Shown here: one piece after another, positions 29,493-39,084 of the stretch
Position numbering within the stretch: the first letter of the stretch is position 1
Layout: every line of letters starts with the position of its first letter
Source: an uncultured Gemmatimonadales bacterium
GTDB taxonomy: Bacteria; Gemmatimonadota; Gemmatimonadetes; Gemmatimonadales; Gemmatimonadaceae
Direction of reading: 5' to 3'
NCBI GenBank assembly: GCA_963701965.1
Contig: OY969695.1
Location: forward strand, 4,768,001-4,832,000
DNA: 64,000 bases
Program-made: the position numbers and the translations under genes
The notes under the pieces: generated by a model
Seen by the model: only the letters and a program-made list of their open reading frames with translations
What the model was told of the DNA's origin: nothing
Database searches by the model: none

Positions 29493-29737
29493 AATTCGCC
29501 GCGTCCGCTGTCGACCCCAGTGTGGTAGACGCGTCTGGCGCGCGCAAAAAGATCGCGGCGCTACCTAGTCTGTGGTGTTGCCTGATCCGTGATATTGTCA
29601 GGATATTCCATTTAGTTGAAATCGCGACTAGTTTTGGCGCACGCTCGATTCTGCCGGCGCATTACGCGGCCTCCGGTTGAGCGCTGGACGGAACCGAGTG
29701 CATAGGATCGGCCCGCGAGCTAGTAGTACTGGCCCCG

Positions 29738-29771
29738 AGTCACAAATGTGACTGGAGCACTGTTGGAGCAG
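29738..29771 (+). promoter_or_regulatory. Palindrome plus putative arm-type sites near the distal att
   Basis: AGTCACAAATGTGACT overlapping CTGGAGCACTGTTGGAGCAG (29752-29771). Confidence 0.6.
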
Positions 29772-29852
29772 TCCGGTGCATTTCGATGCGTTTCTGTGCC
29801 GGGTTATGCGCCAATAGAGGCGGTTAAGTGGGCTATTGATGGTGCCGTGAAC

Positions 29853-29907
29853 GACTTAAAATCCCTTGGGGGTAACCCCATGCGGGTTCGAAACCCGCTC
29901 CCGGCAT
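29853..29907 (+). repeat. att core, distal copy (3' fragment of tRNA-Leu)
   Basis: Identical to 18283-18337; the 5' part of the tRNA is absent here. Confidence 0.95.
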
Positions 29908-29911
29908 GCGA

Positions 29912-30787
29912 TTATTGCGTCACGTGAAGTAGTGCCGGCGCGCTCGACGCGGTGAGGAACATACCCGTAACGTCATACTCGCCGGGCCCGGGCACGGCGT
30001 TTAGGGTCTGACCCTCATCGAAAACGAAGCGCCGCGTTGCCCCCGCCGTCCCGGCCGGCGCGAAGGCGACGAAGAAGTCGTTCCCTTGCGCCGAGCTGGC
30101 ACCCACAATCGGACGACCGGCGACCGGAGTGATCAGAAAAGCGAACGAAATTCCCGCATCGCCTTGGGGCATTGGTGGCGAGATCTCCACCCGTACGGCC
30201 CGGGTCGTCCGGTTTGTCACGCTTACCGTGATCGGCAACCAGCCGCTGTCGGCGCTCAGCGATACGGGGTTGGGCGCCAGGAGCGTCGAAATCGCGAGCG
30301 TCGTCACCGCCACGAGAGGGGCTGTCGTCGACGTGTCCGGGGGGCCTCCGGCGTCCTGTACGCAGCGCTCCACACACGAGACAATGTCGCCGCACTGGTC
30401 GAGAAACTGGCCGCGCGGGTGATCGCCGCTCCGCAACAGCGCGTGCAACATTTCGTGTCGAACGAGATCGGAGGCGAATTGTTGCCCCGCGCCGAACACG
30501 ATCTTGTTCCCATCGCCAAACCACGCGGCATTGACGGACTGCCCTTCCAGCGGGAATGAGCTGCCGGCCGGCAGAACGTACCACCGCACGGCGTCGAAAT
30601 CGCCCGTGACGCCGGAGCAAGCCTCAGTCAGGGCCCACCAAGTGCGGTAACGCACCGGAGCGGCGAACGAAACGGCGTCCGAGGGCGGGCCCACCGCATC
30701 GCGACACGCGACGAGACCGGCGCCGAGACACCACGCACTGATAAACCACCGACGGATCGACAACACCGCTCCTGCACATGTGGTCAC
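29912..30787 (-). CDS. Putative lipoprotein with HExxH motif
   Basis: LVAC lipobox; VRHEMLHALL. Confidence 0.6.
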   Translation of the reverse strand: MTTCAGAVLSIRRWFISAWCLGAGLVACRDAVGPPSDAVSFAAPVRYRTWWALTEACSGVTGDFDAVRWYVLPAGSSFPLEGQSVNAAWFGDGNKIVFGAGQQFASDLVRHEMLHALLRSGDHPRGQFLDQCGDIVSCVERCVQDAGGPPDTSTTAPLVAVTTLAISTLLAPNPVSLSADSGWLPITVSVTNRTTRAVRVEISPPMPQGDAGISFAFLITPVAGRPIVGASSAQGNDFFVAFAPAGTAGATRRFVFDEGQTLNAVPGPGEYDVTGMFLTASSAPALLHVTQ

Positions 30788-31124
30788 TCAGCTTAGACGC
30801 GCAGTCGTTGCTATCGCAAGACTTGGATTGCCTGCTTCCGCGCCTTGCAATTTCGCAATGATCCAAGCGCATGTGACCGGATAACAACCAGTCAGCGAAA
30901 CCCCCTCCGTCGCTGACGGCAGGAATTGACGCAACATTCGCGAGGGCTTTCGTCACGAGGGAATTGTTACGGCGATCCGCTAATGCCATACGGTTTCTCT
31001 CCTTGAGCGACCGCCAGAAAGGGTCGCCCGACGCTCGGGTCCTTCTTCACTGCTTGTGCTTGCGCGCGAGACTCGTATAGTCGCCGCGCGCTTTTCGGAT
31101 GCACACACATCTCAGGAGACTCAG

Positions 31125-32066
31125 ATGGGGCGACGAATATGGCTGGTGGGGCCGATCGCGCTGGCGGCCGGTATGCTCGTGGGGTGCGGCGAGCGATCGG
31201 CAATGTCGGCTCCCGGAGCATCAGGACTCAGAGCGGACGATCTGGTCGGCGAAGCGGCAGCGGCGCTCGATGCGACCGGACATTTCACGTTGCCGACGCC
31301 GATTCGGCGAACGACGTATCCCGAAATCTCGGCGGACCGCGCCGGCGCGTTGGCAGTCGCCTACATCGGAGACTATGGGCACTTTCTGCTCCCACACTTC
31401 GAGATGAAGCACGGCGGACCGATCGATCTCGCGTCACTTCGGGCCTGTGGCAGCCCCTTGTACGCTGCTACGCCCTACAATGCGGCCTCACTCGCTCAGG
31501 CGTCGGTGCCCACGCGCCGACTCTTGGGACCGTACTGGCTCGTGTCGCTCTGTGCCGCGTCGGGCGGACAGGTCCTCAGCATTGCCGTGTCGGCGCTCGC
31601 AACCGATGAGCAGTTGACGTCAGGACCCATCCGTCTACCTCATCCCGCATCGCTTGCCTACTTTCCCTCGGCGATTCCGCCAAGCCTTCCGGGGCTGCCG
31701 CTCGCCCCGGAACAGGCCGCCGCGATGGCCGCACGCGCGACGGGCCGTCGGGTCGCCAAGGTCCCAGAGCTCATCATGCGGGGACGGCCATTTGCCCCAC
31801 AATTGGCCCAATGGAAGATCACACTCGAGTCCACGATACGCGCTCGCGGCCTCGAAAGCGGCGCTACGACCGTCACGCAAAGCGTCTACGCTGGATTCGT
31901 GAGAAGTGCCCGATCACCGCTAGGCGTGTTCGTCGAACGCAAAAGCGCGTCGTCGACTCTGCCGCTTGTCGATCGCGGAATGCGAGGCGCGGAGCGGACG
32001 CTTGCGCTCCGGTCGCAGCCTGACACTCCCCTCGTCCTGGAACTCTTTGCAACGGAGACTCCATAA
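31125..32066 (+). CDS. Hypothetical lipoprotein
   Basis: AGGAG RBS; LVGC lipobox. Confidence 0.65.
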   Translation: MGRRIWLVGPIALAAGMLVGCGERSAMSAPGASGLRADDLVGEAAAALDATGHFTLPTPIRRTTYPEISADRAGALAVAYIGDYGHFLLPHFEMKHGGPIDLASLRACGSPLYAATPYNAASLAQASVPTRRLLGPYWLVSLCAASGGQVLSIAVSALATDEQLTSGPIRLPHPASLAYFPSAIPPSLPGLPLAPEQAAAMAARATGRRVAKVPELIMRGRPFAPQLAQWKITLESTIRARGLESGATTVTQSVYAGFVRSARSPLGVFVERKSASSTLPLVDRGMRGAERTLALRSQPDTPLVLELFATETP

Positions 32067-33103
32067 TGGGCCGCCTGCAGTCTTCGCGCCTTCGCATGGC
32101 CGGTCTCATCGCGATCGTTGCGGCGGTGGGATGCAACCCGCCGCCCGCCCCAATGGGTGGCGGCTCTCATCACGATACGCGTCGATGCTTGGCGGGCGGG
32201 AATGCCGAGTGGTTCAGCGACGGGTTCCGCGATACTCTCTTTTCCCCGCCGTGTCCGTACCCCGTGCCGGCCGCAAATACGCAGCTGGCTTTTGCAGTCA
32301 CGCTCAGTGTGTCTGACGCCAATGTCAACGCGACAGCGAACGTCTTCACGGACATCTTCAATTCCACTGGTCACCCCGTGGGAGGGGAGGGGAGTGTCCC
32401 CTTCACCCTCGATACGGACAACGACAGCCTGTACGCATTCCCAACGGGGACGTTCGTGGGTGGCACCGGGAGTCCGATTCAGGACTCGGCCGACTTCCAA
32501 GTTCTCGGAACGAATTCAGGGCAACTGGCGGAAGGTTGGGTGCACCTACCGGGTGACATCTCGAGTGGAGCTGCTATCATCATCGGCGCGCCAAACCAGC
32601 CTGTGGGCACGCGGTCATGGCGTGCGCAGCCGGACTGGGACACGGCGATGTATACATACAAGTGGCTGATTGATGGGCAGCCAGCGACCAACGGCACGCA
32701 CGCTACGCTCGCACATGCATTCCCATTGGCGGGCATTCACACCATCAAGGCGATCGATATACAGGAGTCGGGCAAAGCTGACACGACGACGTTCAATGCG
32801 TCCATTGGCCCGTCTGTCATCCTCACAGGCCCGACCACGGTCACGTCGACAGCACCAAACACCTATACGGCTACACCCAGCGGCTGCAATACGACATGCA
32901 CGTTCAATTGGACCGTCACGACTGCACAGGGAGTTACGCATTTCGGTACCAGCACTGGCACGACCAGCCTCCAGTTCAGCAGTGCGGAGGGCTCACCAAT
33001 CACCGTCGCCGTTCAGCCACTCTCTAACAGCGTAACCGGGAACGGGGCTGTCCTATCGGTGGTTAACAGCCAGGGCAGCTGCGCAGGCAAGCTCATCTGC
33101 TAG
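32066..33103 (+). CDS. Thr/Ser-rich lipoprotein with Ig/PKD-like segments
   Basis: AVGC lipobox; YTYKWLIDG and TFNWTV; ends CAGKLIC; TAATG coupling to the upstream gene. Confidence 0.65.
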   Translation: MGRLQSSRLRMAGLIAIVAAVGCNPPPAPMGGGSHHDTRRCLAGGNAEWFSDGFRDTLFSPPCPYPVPAANTQLAFAVTLSVSDANVNATANVFTDIFNSTGHPVGGEGSVPFTLDTDNDSLYAFPTGTFVGGTGSPIQDSADFQVLGTNSGQLAEGWVHLPGDISSGAAIIIGAPNQPVGTRSWRAQPDWDTAMYTYKWLIDGQPATNGTHATLAHAFPLAGIHTIKAIDIQESGKADTTTFNASIGPSVILTGPTTVTSTAPNTYTATPSGCNTTCTFNWTVTTAQGVTHFGTSTGTTSLQFSSAEGSPITVAVQPLSNSVTGNGAVLSVVNSQGSCAGKLIC

Positions 33104-33143
33104 ACAGGCTCCGCTTCGCATCTACCATGACGGTTGCCAACAC

Positions 33144-33178
33144 GAAGGGCCTCGGCGGAGAGTATGCCGGGGCCCTTC
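33144..33178. terminator. Stem-loop between convergent ORFs
   Basis: GAAGGGCCTCGGC...GCCGGGGCCCTTC. Confidence 0.55.
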
Positions 33179-33395
33179 AGTCGGCCCGTGGCTTCAATGC
33201 AATACCCCCTTTCGAATATCCGGGGTGAGCGTGTACACCCGCCTTATCTAGAATCCATCTGATTTGGCTGGTGGACAAATTGTGCTTTGTCGCGAGTTGC
33301 CGCGCTGTGTGGATTGCCGCGTCGCGAACGACACGTACACTCGTGACTTCGTAGTCAGTGTGTGCGCTCTGTCGATTCTTCCAGCCCGGCCACAT
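33177..33395 (-). CDS. Small hypothetical protein, possibly HTH-like
   Basis: GAGGA RBS before the ATG; TARQLATKHNLSTSQIRWIL. Confidence 0.35.
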   Translation of the reverse strand: MWPGWKNRQSAHTDYEVTSVRVVRDAAIHTARQLATKHNLSTSQIRWILDKAGVHAHPGYSKGGIALKPRAD

Positions 33396-33506
33396 GTTAG
33401 TCGATCCTCCTCGTCGTTCTTGCGTTGGAGGTCGTGTTCGCAGCAAAGGACAAGGCGGCAAACTTATGGCGTGCGACCAGGGAAAAACAATGCTCCTCCG
33501 CGGAGT

Positions 33507-34019
33507 TTACCGATCCCGTACCCGATAGAACACGAAGTCCTCGCGGTAGAGCGAGCGCACCTTGCGCCCTTCATCCCGCGCGGCGTGGAATACCATGTGC
33601 GGGAGGGCCTCGCACAACGCGCGGGTCGCGACCATGCCCTCCGATTGCGTCACGACCACTGAGCCGCGCACCGGGTGGCCGCTGGTGTCAATGATCACCA
33701 CGGCGGCGGCGTGAAAGGTTCCATGGTTGCCGAATGGCGGGTCTTGGTCATCGTCGAGCGTCACCGCCACCAGGCGAAAGACCGAGTCCCGAGCCACCGC
33801 GTCAACCCCGTTCTGGACCCGCTCCGCCGGCACCTCGGGCTCGGCCACCACATTGGCGATGCCGCCCACATCGACGCTGCGCGCATCGGGGCATCGTCCG
33901 AGCGCCGAGTCCGTCTGCGCCCTTGCGGGCAGGTCGGCCAACTCATCGGCTGGGCGGGGTGGTGTGACACACCCCGCCAGCGCTAGGCACGCGAACCCAA
34001 CGACCGGGACGGTGCGCAT
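33507..34019 (-). CDS. Hypothetical lipoprotein (TonB C-terminal-like)
   Basis: LAGC lipobox; VIIDTSGHP..FHAARDEGRKVRSL. Confidence 0.55.
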   Translation of the reverse strand: MRTVPVVGFACLALAGCVTPPRPADELADLPARAQTDSALGRCPDARSVDVGGIANVVAEPEVPAERVQNGVDAVARDSVFRLVAVTLDDDQDPPFGNHGTFHAAAVVIIDTSGHPVRGSVVVTQSEGMVATRALCEALPHMVFHAARDEGRKVRSLYREDFVFYRVRDR

Positions 34020-34020
34020 T

Positions 34021-34641
34021 TTACGTCTTGACGTCAATGCGACGCCGCCGCGATTCCTGTTGCTGCGACATCGGGATATCCACCTCGAGCACACCGTTCT
34101 TGAAGGAAGCGCTGATCTGATTCGTGTCGACGTTCTCGGGCAGCGGGATCGCGCGATAGAACGTTCCATAGACGCGCTCGTTGTGATACGAGTCGCCGCC
34201 GCTCGCCGCGCGCTCACCGGAGATGATGAGGGAGTCGTCGCTGATCTCGACGTTCACGTCTTTCGGATCGAGTCCCGCCAGTTCGGCGGTGACGACCACC
34301 TGGTCGTCCCGCTTCGAGACGTCGATGGCCGGCAGCCACATCGACCGCGTCGGCGCATCGGGTCGCGTCATGGCCCGGGGACGCCGCATGCCCAATTGAC
34401 CGAAATCCGAGAACATGTCCTCGACCAACGCCCGCATCAGCGAGAACGGACTCGCGAAGGGCATGACGGGCGCGCGCGAGACATCGGTGGTCCCGCCGGT
34501 TGAGCTAGCGCCGGCGCCGCTCGACTCGCGGCTGATCGGGATCTGGGATTGACGGTCGCTCTGCGCGCCACTCGTGGCGCCGCTGGTGCTGCCCGCGGCC
34601 GCTGGCGTGCCCGATTGCTGAGTGGGGGATTCCCTCGCCAT
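34021..34641 (-). CDS. Hsp20/alpha-crystallin small heat-shock protein
   Basis: PAIDV, ERVYGTFYRAIPLP, ASFKNGVLEV and RRIDV motifs. Confidence 0.92.
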   Translation of the reverse strand: MARESPTQQSGTPAAAGSTSGATSGAQSDRQSQIPISRESSGAGASSTGGTTDVSRAPVMPFASPFSLMRALVEDMFSDFGQLGMRRPRAMTRPDAPTRSMWLPAIDVSKRDDQVVVTAELAGLDPKDVNVEISDDSLIISGERAASGGDSYHNERVYGTFYRAIPLPENVDTNQISASFKNGVLEVDIPMSQQQESRRRRIDVKT

Positions 34642-34681
34642 GAATACTGCCTCTGGTGAAAAGAGTATACCCAGAGGGCGC

Positions 34682-34697
34682 CGCAATCCCGATGCCA
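34682..34697 (-). promoter_or_regulatory. Putative sigma-54 promoter for Hsp20
   Basis: Minus strand TGGCATCGGGATTGCG, GG-N10-GC spacing. Confidence 0.6.
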
Positions 34698-34729
34698 CGC
34701 GCCATCGCCAACGGCGATAGCCGTCGTGG

Positions 34730-34915
34730 CTACTGCGTCTTCAGACTCTCATCCTCACTGATCTTGTGCACCGTGATGACGAGATCGGGATGGCGCGAGC
34801 GGCCAACCTTGACGGCATCGCGCAGCGCCGAGATGGCCCGGCGCGCAAAATCATGCGCGGGTTCGTCGTCGCCTTCAATCTCCACCACCGCCAGCAGCTG
34901 GATCGTCTTCCGCAT
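34730..34915 (-). CDS. Small hypothetical protein
   Basis: MRKTIQLLAVVEIEG..; fits the intergenic gap. Confidence 0.45.
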   Translation of the reverse strand: MRKTIQLLAVVEIEGDDEPAHDFARRAISALRDAVKVGRSRHPDLVITVHKISEDESLKTQ

Positions 34916-34962
34916 GGAGCATAAGGTAGAAGGGAACACCTGCGCCCGCTAACTTGCGGCGC

Positions 34963-35964
34963 ATGACCGATGTCGTGGCGCTCGCCGCCGAATTGCTTTC
35001 GATCCAGTCCCCGACCGGCCACGAAGGGCGCGCGGTCGACTTCGTCTCCCGTTGGCTGGTCGGCCGCGGTTGGAACGTTACGGTGCAAGAGGTTACCGCG
35101 GGAAGAAGCAACGTCTGGGCCTCGCGCTCCGGCGGGGGCGGCGGGGTCACGCTGTCCACACACCTCGACACGGTGCCACCGTACGTCGCCCCGCGCCTCG
35201 ACGGTGACCGCCTGCTCGGCCGCGGCGCGTGCGACGCCAAGGGCATTGCCGCCGCGATGCTCGTCGCGGCTGACCGGCTCGTCGGCGCCGGCGAGTCACG
35301 CGTGGATGTCCTGCTCGTGGTCGGCGAGGAAAAGGGCTCCGACGGGGCGCGCGCGGCGAATCAGCTCGCCGCCACGAGCCGTTTCCTGATCAACGGGGAG
35401 CCAACCGAAAGCCGCCTGGCGAGCGGGGCGAAGGGCTCGCTCCGCGTCACCGTCCGCACGCGGGGCCGCGCGGCGCACTCCGCGTACGCGCACCTCGGGC
35501 AGTCGGCGATCGAGCCAATGCTCGATCTCTTGCCGCGCTTGCGCTCGCTCGATCTTCCGTCCGATCCGGTGCTGGGACAGACGACCTACAACATCGGGGT
35601 CATCCGGGGAGGGACCGAGGGGAACATCGTCCCGGCGCTGGCCGAGGCCGAAGTCATGTTTCGCTTGGTCGGTGACCCGGCGCCCATCCGCCATGCACTG
35701 GAGATGTGGGCTGGAGACCGCGCCGAGCTGGAGTACGGCTCCTACATCCCGGCCCAACATTTCCACACCGTGCCCGGCATCGCGGCGGCGCCGGTCGCGT
35801 ACACCACCGACATTCCGCTGCTCACCCGCTGGGGCACGCCGCTCTTGTTCGGCCCCGGCTCGATTCACGTGGCCCACACGCCCGACGAGTTCATCGACGT
35901 CCGCGAGCTTCGCCAAAGCGTCGAGACGTACGAGCGCCTCGTCCGTACCCTGCTGAGCGCATGA
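34963..35964 (+). CDS. M20 metallohydrolase (ArgE/DapE-like)
   Basis: HLDTVP, GRGACDAKG, VGEE, GEPT and AHTPDE motifs; first gene of the dap operon. Confidence 0.88.
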   Translation: MTDVVALAAELLSIQSPTGHEGRAVDFVSRWLVGRGWNVTVQEVTAGRSNVWASRSGGGGGVTLSTHLDTVPPYVAPRLDGDRLLGRGACDAKGIAAAMLVAADRLVGAGESRVDVLLVVGEEKGSDGARAANQLAATSRFLINGEPTESRLASGAKGSLRVTVRTRGRAAHSAYAHLGQSAIEPMLDLLPRLRSLDLPSDPVLGQTTYNIGVIRGGTEGNIVPALAEAEVMFRLVGDPAPIRHALEMWAGDRAELEYGSYIPAQHFHTVPGIAAAPVAYTTDIPLLTRWGTPLLFGPGSIHVAHTPDEFIDVRELRQSVETYERLVRTLLSA

Positions 35965-37037
35965 CATCCCCCTCCACCAAATGGCCGGTCGCCATCCTCG
36001 GCGCCACCGGCGCCGTGGGTCAGACCTTCATCCGGCTCCTCGAAGGCCACCCGTGGTTCACGATCGCCGAGGTCGCCGCGTCGGACCGCTCGGCCGGCAA
36101 GCCATATCGCGACGCCGCCCGCTGGCTGGAGGGGCGACTGCCGCCCGCGATCGCCGAGCTCACGGTGCTGCCCTGCGACCCGGGAGCGGTCCGGTCGCCG
36201 ATCGTTTTCTCGGCTCTCGACGCGGCCGCCGCCGGCGAGGTCGAACCGGCGTTCGCCCGCGCGGGCCGTCTGGTGTTCAGCAACGCCAAGAACTTCCGCA
36301 TGGAACCGGACGTCCCGCTGCTCATTCCCGAGGTCAACGCGCCACACCTCGCGGCCTTGACCGCGCAGCGCGCGCGCCGCGAATGGACGGGCTGCGGCGG
36401 CATCATCACCAACGCCAACTGCGCCGCCAGTGCCGCGGTCTTCCCCCTCGCGGCGCTGCACGAAGCGTTCGGCGTCGAACAGGTCTTCGTCGTCACGATG
36501 CAAGCGGTGTCGGGCGCCGGGTATCCGGGCGTCCCCTCGCTCGACATCCTCGGCAACGTCATCCCCTATATCGGGGAGGAGGAGCCGAAGGTCGAGCGGG
36601 AGCTCCCCAAGATGCTGGGTACGTATACGAACAACGCAATCGTGTCCGCGGATATCCGAGTCAGCGCGCACACCAATCGCGTCCCAGTGGAGCACGGTCA
36701 TACGGCCTGTCTCACGATAAAGCTGCGCGCGCGCGCTGACGCGCGCGCCGCCCGCGAAGCGCTCATGGCGTGGAAGGGACACGAGCAGGCGAGAGGCCTG
36801 CCGTCGTCGCCGGAGCGCGTCATCGTCGTGCACGACGAGGAGCCGAGGCCGCAGCCGCGGCGCGATGCGATGCTGGGCAATGGCATGACCGTGTCGGTCG
36901 GCCGCGTGCGACCGGACAGCATCTGGGATGTCAAGCTGGTGGCACTGGCGCACAACACGATTCGCGGCGCCGCGGGCGGCTCCATCCTGAACGCCGAGCT
37001 GGTCGCCGCCAGCGGCGGACTGCCCGCGCCGGCGTGA
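35961..37037 (+). CDS. asd: Aspartate-semialdehyde dehydrogenase
   Basis: LGATGAVGQ, NANC, QAVSGAGYPG, RVPVEHGH and HNTIRGAAG motifs. Confidence 0.95.
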   Translation: MTSPSTKWPVAILGATGAVGQTFIRLLEGHPWFTIAEVAASDRSAGKPYRDAARWLEGRLPPAIAELTVLPCDPGAVRSPIVFSALDAAAAGEVEPAFARAGRLVFSNAKNFRMEPDVPLLIPEVNAPHLAALTAQRARREWTGCGGIITNANCAASAAVFPLAALHEAFGVEQVFVVTMQAVSGAGYPGVPSLDILGNVIPYIGEEEPKVERELPKMLGTYTNNAIVSADIRVSAHTNRVPVEHGHTACLTIKLRARADARAAREALMAWKGHEQARGLPSSPERVIVVHDEEPRPQPRRDAMLGNGMTVSVGRVRPDSIWDVKLVALAHNTIRGAAGGSILNAELVAASGGLPAPA

Positions 37038-38383
37038 TCGTCTCGAAGTTCGGCGGCACCTCGGTCGCCGATGCCGACGCGATCCGGCGCACCGCCGCGA
37101 TCATCGGCGGTCGCCGCGCGCGACTGCCCGTCGTGGTCGTCTCGGCCATGGCCGGCGTGACCAACGAGCTCCTGGCGCTGGCCGAGCACGCCGTCGCGGG
37201 GCAACTCCTGACCGCCATGCAGTCGGTGGAAGGGCTCCGCCGGCGGCACTTCGCCGTGACCGAAGACCTGCTCGGTCCCGGTGACGCCGCGCGCGACCTG
37301 TGCGCGGAGATGAGCGTCATGTTCGACGAGCTGGCCAGCCTCGCCGGTGCGCTGGCGGTCCTGGGGCATCTGACCCCCCGGTCGTTGGACGCCATCGCCG
37401 CTACCGGCGAGCTGCTCTCCTGCCAGATCGTTGTCGCCGCCTACGTACGGCTCGGCCTGCCGGCGGTGCTCGTCGATGCGCGCCAGGTCATCGTGACCGA
37501 CGATGCCTACACGCGGGCCGCCCCGCAGGCCGAGGCGATCACCGCCGCGGCGCGCGAGCTGCTGCTGCCACACGTGCGCGAAGGGCGCATTCCGGTGCTG
37601 GGCGGATTCGTGGGCGCCACGCCGGACGGGATCACGACGACGCTCGGCCGCGGCGGATCGGACTACACCGCCGCCCTGGTCGGCGCCGCGCTGGATGCCG
37701 AGGCGATCGAGATCTGGACCGACGTGGACGGCATGCTCACCGCCGACCCCCGAGTCGTCACCGGTGCCAAGCTCATCCCCCAGATCCGGTTCGACGAAGC
37801 GTCAGAGCTGGCGTCGTTCGGCGCCAAAGTGTTGCACCCGAGCACGATCGTCCCGGCGGTGCGGCGCGGCATCCCGGTCTACGTGTACAACTCCATGCGG
37901 CCCGACGGCGAAGGCACGCGCATCACGTTCGAAGCGCCGCGCCGGCCGGTGAGCGCGATCGCGGGGAAGAAGGGGACGTCGGTGGTCAAAGTGCGATCGT
38001 CGCGCATGCTCTTGAGCCACGGGTTCCTGCGCACGATCTTCGAGGTGTTCGAGCGGCACCAGACGTCGGTCGACGTGGTCGCGACGTCCGAGGTGTCCGT
38101 CTCGCTCACCGTCGATCAAGCCGAACGCCTCAATGCCGTGCTGGTGGACTTGGCCGCCCTCGGCAATGTCTCGGTCGAACGGTCGCGCGGGATCGTCGCG
38201 CTGGTCGGCGCCGGACTCAGCGACGACACGAAAGCCATGGCGACCGCACTCACGGCGTTGCAGGGAATCAAAGTGCACATGCTCTCGTTGAGTGCCACGG
38301 GAATCAATCTCACGGTGATTGTGGATGCCGACGCCGTCGCCCCCGCCATGCGGCAGCTTCACGCCGCGTTCTTCGCGCCGTGA
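37034..38383 (+). CDS. lysC: Aspartate kinase
   Basis: KFGGTSV, TTLGRGGSDY, WTDVDG, FGAKVLHP; ACT domains. Confidence 0.95.
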   Translation: MIVSKFGGTSVADADAIRRTAAIIGGRRARLPVVVVSAMAGVTNELLALAEHAVAGQLLTAMQSVEGLRRRHFAVTEDLLGPGDAARDLCAEMSVMFDELASLAGALAVLGHLTPRSLDAIAATGELLSCQIVVAAYVRLGLPAVLVDARQVIVTDDAYTRAAPQAEAITAAARELLLPHVREGRIPVLGGFVGATPDGITTTLGRGGSDYTAALVGAALDAEAIEIWTDVDGMLTADPRVVTGAKLIPQIRFDEASELASFGAKVLHPSTIVPAVRRGIPVYVYNSMRPDGEGTRITFEAPRRPVSAIAGKKGTSVVKVRSSRMLLSHGFLRTIFEVFERHQTSVDVVATSEVSVSLTVDQAERLNAVLVDLAALGNVSVERSRGIVALVGAGLSDDTKAMATALTALQGIKVHMLSLSATGINLTVIVDADAVAPAMRQLHAAFFAP

Positions 38384-39084
38384 CCCCGCGTCCCGCCCTC
38401 GCGCTCCTTGGCATGGGCCGCATGGGGCAAGCCGTGCGTTCCGTCGCCGCCGAACGCCAGTGGCCGATCGCCGCCGAGCTGACGGCCGCCGATCTGCGGT
38501 CGCCGGAACAGGCGCTGGCGCGCGCGCAGGTCGCCATCGAATTCACGACGCCGGCCGCGGCGGTCGCCAACATCCGCCTCTGTCTGGCCGCCGGATGTCC
38601 GGTCGTGGTGGGAACGACGGGCTGGTACGAGCAGTTGCCGTCGATCGCCGATGAAGTCGAGCGGGAGAACGGCGCGGTGCTGTGGAGCGCGAACTTCTCG
38701 CTCGCCGCGAACGTGCTGATCACGGTGGCCACGCAGACGGCGCGACTCTTGGCCGCCGCCGGGCGCCGGGCCTATGACGTCGCGATCGTGGAGACGCACC
38801 ACGCCACCAAGCGGGATGCGCCGTCGGGCACCGCGCGCGCCATTGCGCAGGAGCTGATCGAAGAGCGCGGAGGCGGCGTGCCGATCACGAGCGTCCGCCT
38901 CGGGCACGTGCCGGGGATCCACGAAGTGCTGTTCGACGGAGCGTATGACCAGTTGCGGCTGACGCACACGGCGCGCGACCGGCGCGTGTTCGCCGAAGGC
39001 GCCCTGCTGGCCGCCCAATGGCTCGTCGGCAAGCGGGGGCTCTTCACGATGCGCGACGTACTGGGCCTCGGGGAGGACGTGTGA
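38380..39084 (+). CDS. dapB: 4-hydroxy-tetrahydrodipicolinate reductase
   Basis: GMGRMG, VVGTTG and ETHHATKRDAPSGTA motifs. Confidence 0.95.
   Translation: MTPRPALALLGMGRMGQAVRSVAAERQWPIAAELTAADLRSPEQALARAQVAIEFTTPAAAVANIRLCLAAGCPVVVGTTGWYEQLPSIADEVERENGAVLWSANFSLAANVLITVATQTARLLAAAGRRAYDVAIVETHHATKRDAPSGTARAIAQELIEERGGGVPITSVRLGHVPGIHEVLFDGAYDQLRLTHTARDRRVFAEGALLAAQWLVGKRGLFTMRDVLGLGEDV

Larger units (their letters stand above)
18283..29907. mobile_element. tRNA-Leu-integrated element (phage-satellite-like, integrative element or degraded prophage), ~11.6 kb
   Basis: Perfect 55-bp direct repeats at both ends; integrase next to the tRNA; Xis-like, HTH and helicase genes; no structural genes seen. 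Confidence 0.9.

Noticed and set aside
29853..29907. Second tRNA-Leu gene
   Set aside because: Only the 3' portion is present, with no 5' acceptor strand or D arm; it is the att duplication
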